Positions 55,087 to 64,000 of a DNA stretch of 64,000 nt are shown in pieces. The stretch covers positions 8,122,001 to 8,186,000 of the forward strand of contig CM120640.1 in NCBI GenBank assembly GCA_051362555.1, read 5' to 3'. The notes beneath the pieces are model-generated. The model was given only the letters and a program-made list of their open reading frames with translations, had not been told where the DNA came from and made no database searches. This DNA is from Lingula anatina (Eukaryota; Animalia; Brachiopoda). Numbering within the stretch: position 1 is the stretch's first letter; every line of letters starts with the position of its first letter. Made by a program: the position numbers and the translations under genes.

Positions 55087-58000
55087 TCTTTTTCTTTTTT
55101 ATCATACTTATTACAAGTACATGTAATTCATACTTTTTAACGGATTTCTTTTGTTACTTATTCATCTTTGTCTTTTAATTTTAATATTCATTTATTCATT
55201 TGTCCGTTTATTCTTAATTCGTTCGTTTTCACATTTCTATCTTACTTGTTTATCCATCCATTTATCTGTTTTTAAAATGTGTTTAAATTTTCTATACATC
55301 ATTCCAATTGATTCTTAAATTAATAACATATGACTGTAGTGTAATTCAGATGATGGTTATACAGTTTTAAATAGATAATACTAAACAGAAACTCTGAAAC
55401 TCTGTCTAGAATCAACAAGGTAATTTGTCATACCAAAGATATTACTCCAATCTTTATCAATATTCAGCCAGAGCTGTGTAAAAACCGATCATTTACCGGA
55501 GTCGAGAAACTCAAGATTTGTGTAACAGAGTCCGCCTTCCATTACTTTTAAACAAGTTAGCTAAGTGGGACTTATGGCTTCAAAATTTAGAACAATTTCT
55601 TTGAATCATTTTACATGCATTTCTAAATTGTTCATCATCTGTAATGGGATGGGCTGGTTTCAGAAATAGTCTGAAAACATAGTCATTTCTGATATATTTA
55701 TATTTCTATATACATTAACTTTAACATTCAAATGTTCAGAATGTTCTGAGGTGCATATGTACTGTAACTTTTTAAAGAAATATATTACATTTATTATTTT
55801 AATAATTATCATTATTTTCATTTGCTCTTATTATGCATTTATTATGCATATTCCGTTTTAATATGAGTGGACATTCGTATATGCTAACCATGAACAACTT
55901 TCACGGAAAACACATAGATGCTCATCCTTTAACCATGTTACCTATAGACTCCACCACTTTTCAGACATAAAAATCGCATACTGAGCAAATTGGTTTCCTC
56001 GAGACGTAATATGACGCAGTTTAGTAAAGGGGCTGCAACCAAGCATTGCCAAGACGCGATCAACCATGATGTCTTCTCTACTGCAATTCTCTTCCCTTCA
56101 CGCTGTAATTGTGAACATCGATAAAATAATTTTGGTAACACAGTTTCCGTTTCAGCCATGTACATTCACCGCCGACTCAAACCTAATTTTAGTCGTAAAA
56201 ACTCGTCAGGCAGAGCTTGTCACTTTGCATTTAAGTCTCCAGGAATTATCGTCCCCACATTAACACATATTACTAAAACGCAAGGCGCTAGCAAACACTT
56301 TTCGCCAATCTCCATTCCTAGGAGAAATGATCGACGGTGGTTAAAATGAATTTGGGAATAGGTCGTATTTAATAGTCGGCCTTAAATCATCCTTACACCC
56401 AATTAAGGACCCGTAATGGAGATGAATCTTTTTGAATCAATTCGCTAGATAGTTGTAATTTGATTTGAGTGGATGCTTAATGGTATGATGATACCTGGCA
56501 ACATATGCGCCGCACAGAGAGCCCGACAATTGACTTAAAAAACCGACTTAAACTGGGAATAAATATTTTCGAGGCGGGCCATTACCAAGGTTCGTGAAAG
56601 ATTTTTGCTTCAACGCCGTTATGTATGCATCATGAAGCGGACCATTATGACTAAAATTGCACAAAAAATGAATGGACATAACCTCTAATAGCTTTATCGA
56701 AGAAATTGATATTAGCCCTGAAAAGTATATATAAAGTAGAGATTACGTAATGCACATTGCTCTTGTAAATCGAGTGTTAACTGTATTTCCAATTCTTTCC
56801 GTATAAGATATTATATCCTTATGAATCTCGTGTTTCATTTATCATCTTTTACATAGTAATGGTGAAAATTCATTAGGTTTGGTGTACGTACAGGTACACT
56901 AGCTTTTTGCTTACATCACAAATTTCACAAGGTCCATGAAAATAAATTTTTAGAGAGTTGCAGCCATAATTCTGATTTTATGTGTTGCACGCATAAAACT
57001 CATAGAGTTAACTAGAAGTGCATTTACATAATGAAATGACATATATATTTTTCTTTCCTTACACTCAAATTTTAGTCATCGTTAAACAGCTGTCTGTCCC
57101 TCAAAGCTCCGCGATCAAAGATTTTCGCACTTGACCTTGCCCCTTTACACTCTAATGTAGATGTCGACCGATGTGTTTGTCAAATTATGAACAAATGAGC
57201 GAATTTTACGCCATATCGTTTGTACACATGTGCTCAAGAATTGAAAACACAGATGCCCTTACACGCTGTCCTCGAGGAGAGATGTGATATGAATTACCCG
57301 ATGCACGTGCTACTGTAGAATTTGGAAAAAACGCAATATCATGGCAGGATTCTCATAGCATTTCTCTATAAATTTGTTAAGTCGGGTAGCTTAGAGAGCA
57401 TTGATTTAATTTTCCTTCAAAAGCGGCCAGTTTGTCAAAAGGTTATCCGTATATTCCAAAATCTATAGATAATTCCGAACGGAAAAATACTGCTCACGCG
57501 ACATCATTGTTTCCCCTGACTCCGGCAAATAAAAGGCCATATATTGTGTTATCTCCGACCGAGGTGTGACTGCCCTCTTTATTGGATGTTTTAGCCTTTA
57601 TAAACCGTTAAAAGGGTTCGATTGATCGTCTCATTGTTAATTCGATGAATTTGACTGATATGCTATTTAAATACTGAGACTTAATTGCCAATTGTGATAA
57701 AATATGTCCCAACCTCGTATTTTATCATGGCGCGTAGGTGCTGTTAATATGACCGATGAAAAAAGGCGGTGTCTTTGACAGGCCCCAGGTGGGACAGGTC
57801 TTCGCCTTGAAAGTCAAATATCTATAATTTGACAAACTTACTAACAACATCATCAGTTTATATTTTTTTTATTTAATTGGCAGATATGCCAAGCATTTGT
57901 TTTCAGCGCTGTGAAAGTAAACAATTCTAAAACAATGAAATTTAGCTGCGAGCAATCAGTGACCACTTTTAAACCATTTATTTTCACAAATGTTCTTAAT

Positions 58001-61000
58001 TTTTACGTGTGGCTGAATGATAAAAAACGGGAAATTTTGAAACGTATGCAGTAGAGTGATGCAGCTTTTTTCTTGTGATGTTTAGAAGGGATATCAGCAT
58101 ATGTTAGCAAAGATCAGTGGGCGCATGGAAAATAGCTTCAAAGGGGACTAAAATCGTTGAACTTTAGAACAATTTGCATAATTTCAATGAACCGAGGAGC
58201 AGTGACATTATTCAGAGTCTTGGAATTACCCTTTAAAATGTATTTCTCCGTGGTTGGCATCTTATTGCAGTCAACGGCGAATTCCTGTCGTCGTGTCATT
58301 AGCAATGTATCTGCACAGTGATAGATGTTGACACAAGCGTTGTCGTTAGATATGAATATGAAACAACCACTGTAGAAATTCATGCAGCTCACATGAACTC
58401 TCTGTTGGAACTGCCATTCATCTTCAGAATTCATCTCAACTTGAATTAATATCTACTCATGCCAATGGCTGTTAAAACGCCCTTAAATAATATCACTGAA
58501 GCCGCGGCGTACCTTACAAATTACGACTTTAATCGACAATGAAGAATAGGAACTTTGATTGAGATTTAAGTATGGTATTAACATTGCTTTTGACTCGACA
58601 AGTATTCCCTACGGGCAGAGCGTTCGGAGCAAGAAGCACAGATGGAATTCCGGGCGTTTCATGAGCTCAAGGGCGTCTTTAGACGTTCAAGTTTCGAAAA
58701 GTATACAGCAATCTTGTATACAGAAACCACTAATTATTAAGTAGATGTGATAATTTCATATATGGGAATAAAAAATACGTGGCGCCATGTTTTTTTGTTG
58801 GAGCTTTATAAACAGTCATATCAGGCACTTTAATGGATGATATAACTACCAGAGTGGCTAAAACTTTGGTGATGTTCAGATATAAAATATATGAATGTCT
58901 ACATATATCTGACCTAATTTAGATTATTTATGGTATGTAATCTTCTGATAGGATATCTTATAAGAATTTTTTAAAAAAATAGGTAAACAATCCATTTTCC
59001 TAGCTTTTTCGATTAAATTTTATGTATTTGCTTTATGAATATCTAAGTATTCTATACTTGTGAATAAGTTACGACAAAATAATGGCCAAATGTTTTTAAT
59101 AATGGAAGTCATATTGAATTATTTTCCCTGAGAGATGTTAGTGAATATGGGGAATATAAAACAGTAGAATGAAAGAAACAGCCTGACAATTTTAATTGCC
59201 TGTTTATCTGACTGTTTTCCCTTTGAGTCAAAACGTGACAAAAATAACCCCGGGTTTTGGTTGAATTAACCGAAAGTCAAACTCTATGCTAACCGTTAAA
59301 GAATTTTTGGAAACGAGCTGTCTTCAAAAGAATTAACGCCATTTAAAGTACAAAGACTGGCAAACTCAACCTTTATTATTTATTATCATTTTGCACTGCG
59401 CCCATGACTGTTTTGAACGTGGCGTGCCACGCGTTTGTCGTGCTACTGGGGTGGTTCCCCTTTAATTTGCGATTCGCTAATAACTGGTTTGCTGCCGCGG
59501 ATGACCGAAAGAATGACGCGCCCGTGCACCTGTAGCGGTCACAAACTTCATCAGTGATCATCAACAGGCCGTTAAAACCCATTCACTTCTTTAATGAAGT
59601 ATTTACAAAACCATTTCTCATAAATCAACGACACTTGTTTTAAAATTGGACATGCTTATGTGTATGACTACATTGTTTTCTTTACGATGACCATCGCTGC
59701 CTCTCGTGTACATTGCGATTACACAGCGCTGTCTTCATACTCGATAAACAAAAGAATCCTATGGTGCTACAAGGTAATTGCAGCGCGAGCTGAAGACCCC
59801 AAAATACTAGATAATAAATTAAGATCTTTTCTAACGTTTATTGTAACTGTCAGGATAGCGCATTGCATGTTGTGTGGATATTAACACTGGAAACTACTAC
59901 ATTATCAACAAGTCCACATTCTTCTCCAACAAGACGGCAGTAGTACAAGTTAAAGGTTTACTTTCAATGTACAGCGTATGGAGCTTTTAGAAACATAAGT
60001 CAAATCAAATGGGAAAGTTTTTTATCGTGGGTGAAAGATTTACAGACATTCTGAAATCTATTACATGAACGTTTCGACTTCCTAATTTCGAAAAAAAGAC
60101 TCCATCTCGAACAACCTAACGCTCTTAAAAGTAGTATTTGAAAAGAGTTCCGAAAATGTAAGTAAAATATGAAACGTAACAGATAAGTTTTGCTGATAAA
60201 GAGGGATATTAAATTGTTGCACGTGACGTTTGTCTGACTAATTTGACATGAGAATTTGATCCACCTCGCTTACCTACAGAAAGAGACGCTCGGGTTTCAG
60301 GCAAGCTGTGCTCACGACAAGCAACGGCTTACTTCAGGCAGGAAATATGGTATCACCAAAAATCTCGCCTGCTAAGATGAACTATAAAAAGCATATATTT
60401 GATGTTTTAACCACAGTGGCAGACGACCCCAGCCTGGCAGTGGGAAAGCGCGCGTGAACGAAACACCCCTCAAAGTACGCGACCCCGGGATAGGAACTAA
60501 ATACCCACGAAATCGCTTCTGTGCCTGTCTTGTTAGAGAAGCAATGGGCCATGGTTGACTGGCAGCGGTCTGCCTTCGACATGTGTCTGTCGTTCAGAGC
60601 TTAATAAATCATCCATCAAACCACCAAAGGGCTCGTTACCAACATTAAAGATGTCATATTACTTCCTGCAACCTTTGCTGTTTGTCATCAGAACCCTGAA
60701 TAAAACAAAATGCCATCACAAAAATTGCCGCAATATAACAACTCTCCTGGTATGAAGAATTAATTCAGTCGTAGATTTTTCCTTATTTAGCCACTCCCGT
60801 TTCTGTGCCATTATAGTATTCATTCTTTCAGGCTGATGGTGCTGATCCCTTTGTGTGTTGCAGGCCGGCGTTGATGCCAGTGGGTGCAGATCAGACGGGG
60901 GAGGCAGACCCTTCCAGTATGGAAGCTTTTTGCTCTACATTTTAGACTCGGCTGCCGTTTCAGTTGCCAACTTCTGTAATGTTTCTTGGTAAAATTAAGA

Positions 61001-62913
61001 AAAAACAAAATAGCCTAGCCTAGCCAAAGGCTTTTCTCTGTTCTTTTATTTATTAATATTTTCTATTTCTATTTTTTCGACTCCTTCCTTTTTTTTAAAC
61101 AAAAATGCGATAAATAGGTATTCTGTTAATGTCACGCTGATGCAGACATCCATTTAAATGAAAGTGAGCTGATCGACTGAAGGAGACAATTTCTTAACAA
61201 ATTAATAGTTTTTTATGAGGAAGATTGATCATCTAATGCCAAAACTTGCTGTGATGATAATATTCCCATTCTCGCTGCATAGCGTTAATTAGATTTATTT
61301 GTTTTATATGAGATGAGGGGTAAATGATATGTCCAACTTCATTTTGATTAAAGTTTGTGAAAGGTGATGAATTAATGTCCGAAATGGTAAACTAAGACGT
61401 ATCTCCCGCGCTGCGCATGACAGGCAAGCACTGCTTAAATACCGATAACGTTTCTTTCGGGTACAGCTTATTAATTTAGCCCGACATAATGAACTCTGTG
61501 ATTGGTGGAGATGGCCAAACTACTTCTCGATAATTGAATTAGGCTCGCATACAAGTTATTTTTGAATAATTAAGGACCAACACTTGACGTTTGTTTCTTC
61601 TGTCTCTGATTCCAAGAAGTTCCTCCTCTGTAAGGTGAGGGGGCATGTGGATTCTGTCTCTGCTGTTACATATCCTTCTACATTCCAAGCGCCTCATATT
61701 CTCCTCTCTCCCCATTCCTTCGTTGATTTGTTGATTGTTTCTTACATAATATATGCATAGCTTTTCGGAGTAATAGGTCTTGTGGTGTTTATAGCATAAG
61801 AAGGGAGACTGATGTGAGTTTATTCCGCTGCAGCCTTTGCACCTCGACGGCCCCCGTCTGCTGATAGTGCTCATTATTCTCAATTTGGGTGAAATGAACA
61901 TTTTGTTTTTTGTCAACCCAGGGTTAAGTGGCTTTAATTTTGATAAACTTGGACATCTTCCTCGGCTTCTGGATGATGCAGGTTATCGGCCAAAGATATA
62001 AAAGCAAGCAGAAGGAGTAGGAGTCAGTAAAACAGTTAGCAAGATTACGTTAATGACACCACGCAAGCAACTCGAGCACTTGTGCGGCCTCTTAAATACC
62101 AGCTAGTTTTCATTGGCAGTTTTGAAGTCGGAGAAAACGTAGATGGACGGTTAAGCAGCGCGTGCGAGGAAAACAGAAGGGGAGACGGGGGTTAAAGTGG
62201 AGCTGACTTCTATGAGCTTCGACAGATCGAACAAGTCAGTCGACCGGAACGCGCCTGGTTGGCCACACAATACATGTAACATCATATTAATCGTCGGCCG
62301 TATTTCCTTAACTAACTAGAAGACTGCGTTCAAAAATCTAGTCCCTGTTTATTAGTCAAAAACCGCGACGCAGCACGAGTCGATGGTGCCATCTTCTTTA
62401 ATTTGCTGTCATCTCGTCTAATTTTCATCTTTATGCAAATTCTGATTATCGCTAGTGCAGTCAGGCAGAGGAGCTGACTCGATACCAAGTCGAGGAACAA
62501 AAGCGGTTTCCATTTAAGCTGAGAATGCATTGAGAGGCCGGCTCATAAACGGCAACGGGATATATATATATGACAACATCACGATAATTGAACAACTGAT
62601 TTATACCATAGAGAAGATCATTAATTTTGGATTGTGCTTTCATGGACATAAGGCAGGCATTATTTTTGTTGGTGCAGAAAAATTCGGTAGGGTAAACAGG
62701 TCCCAATAACTCACCGCTAATGGACTAGCAGCGTGAAGAAGCAATATTAATAGAGTTGCCGCTACTACCGGTTGATGTCTAGAGGGGAATTATTTGTTGT
62801 GCAGACGGCTTCAGTGCTTTCGGGTCGAGGGAAGTCCACTGGACGACACTTCTAATCGAAAGTTTTGCCATCAGAGAAAAACAGAAGTTTTGAGAAGAAC
62901 GACAAAAACCACT

Positions 62914-63376
62914 ATGTCTTCCGGATCAGAATCGGACGACAGCTGCAAGGAAACTTGTATGGACATATCAACATCGCCTTCATCGTCAGATTTTTATGAG
63001 CCCATCAAGAAACTAGCGAGCGTGCAGCTTTTTCCTCCAAGAAATCCGGAGAAACCTTTCACTCCGTTTTCCATTAGTGACATTCTAGCTCCAAGAGACA
63101 ATAAGCCATATATAACTAATAACAATAACAACAATAACAGTAGTAGCACCAACAATAACAATGTACATTTTGTCCGGCCGTGGGACACAAGTAGCACCAG
63201 TAGCAGTAATGGGCATATTGCTGAGGACGAGGAGGAAGATGAAGACATTGAGATAGACATTGTTGACAATGACAAGGCTATTTTAGACAGGGTGAAGCCA
63301 TCGCCATTAGATGCACTTTTCCAAATGACAAGTAAAACATTTGAGGGTCTCGATGCCCATGGCAATCTACGAGAAG
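62914..63376 (+). CDS. Lbx: Lbx (ladybird) coding exon 1; the gene continues beyond the window
   Basis: ATG at 62914. LFPPRNPEKPFTPFSISDIL (Lbx-type eh1 context), VRPWD and SPLDALFQMTSKTFEGLD (Lbx conserved motif). Donor AG|GTGAGG at 63376/63377. Position next to NK3 fits the cluster. The homeobox is not visible in this window. Confidence 0.88.
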
Positions 63377-64000
63377 GTGAGGTGGTTTTCATTTTCAGTA
63401 ATATATATATTTTTCGTATTTCATATTAATTCTAATTTGGCGTAATAGGACTTAATCTTCAAATCTTTGGGGATTAAAATCATATACAAACTTTTACTTT
63501 GTACTAAAAATTTTCAGAATCATATTATTTTCAATTTAACTTATTGTTCAGTTTTTTAGAAAAGCCTACATGTGGTTCACAGAAAAAGGTACTAAAAGCT
63601 AGTCATTGTTTAGTCATCATAATTTTGAAAAATGTTCTTCGCGGTCATTGGACATTCAAAGATAACATCAATGAATAAAGGAAATTCATTTTAGGCTTTT
63701 CCTATAAAAACTTACTGATGGTAAATTGTGAGAAAATACAAGCAACCACAATTTATTAAAAAATCTATTTAATAAAAATGTCAAATGTAAACAGGTAATT
63801 ATTATTTAGTAGGAAGGAAATGGTATTATTTGAATTTTTTCTCTGCATTGACTAAAAAGTGCTTTAAATAAGTAAGATTTTTAAATTTTTTTCTTATTAT
63901 TTTTAAAACTCGAGCGAAGATATTCTTTATTGCCAAATTGAAAGGGTGATATGAAAACCAAAATACACCTTTAAATACACCTATTAAAATTACATAAACT

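Noticed and set aside
62794-62913. N-terminal extensions in the ORF track for Lbx, and likewise NK3 (51445), NK4 (35758, 28125) and Msx (8642)
   Set aside because: They use TTG/GTG starts from a bacterial-style caller or run into introns; ATG starts and splice sites were used instead.
62994-63392. 132-aa Leu/Ser-rich ORF on - strand
   Set aside because: Antisense shadow of the Asn/Asp/Glu codon repeats in Lbx exon 1.

Overview
This is AT-rich animal genomic DNA, not prokaryotic, and it carries a compact NK (NKL/ANTP-class) homeobox gene cluster with no recognisable gene in between. From left to right: Msx (- strand, 2 coding exons, 291 aa), NK4/tinman/Nkx2-5-like (- strand, 2 coding exons, 320 aa), NK3/bagpipe/Nkx3-2-like (- strand, 3 coding exons with an intron inside the homeobox, 322 aa), and the first coding exon of Lbx/ladybird (+ strand; its homeobox lies beyond the right edge). 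All four complete introns were rebuilt by hand with GT-AG ends and matching phase. Motif content (a protostome-type Lbx PLDALFQMT motif with an NK4 that keeps NK2-SD and a terminal RVW motif) suggests a spiralian/lophotrochozoan; this is an inference. The rest is non-coding: candidate cis-regulatory blocks, microsatellites and one clear short MITE-like element. The cluster itself is a known system. The points most worth following up are the gene orientations (NK3 upstream of NK4, NK3 and Lbx head-to-head), the NK3 homeobox intron, upstream ORFs, and a duplicated RUNX+GATA motif. I found no evidence for a wholly new protein-coding system.
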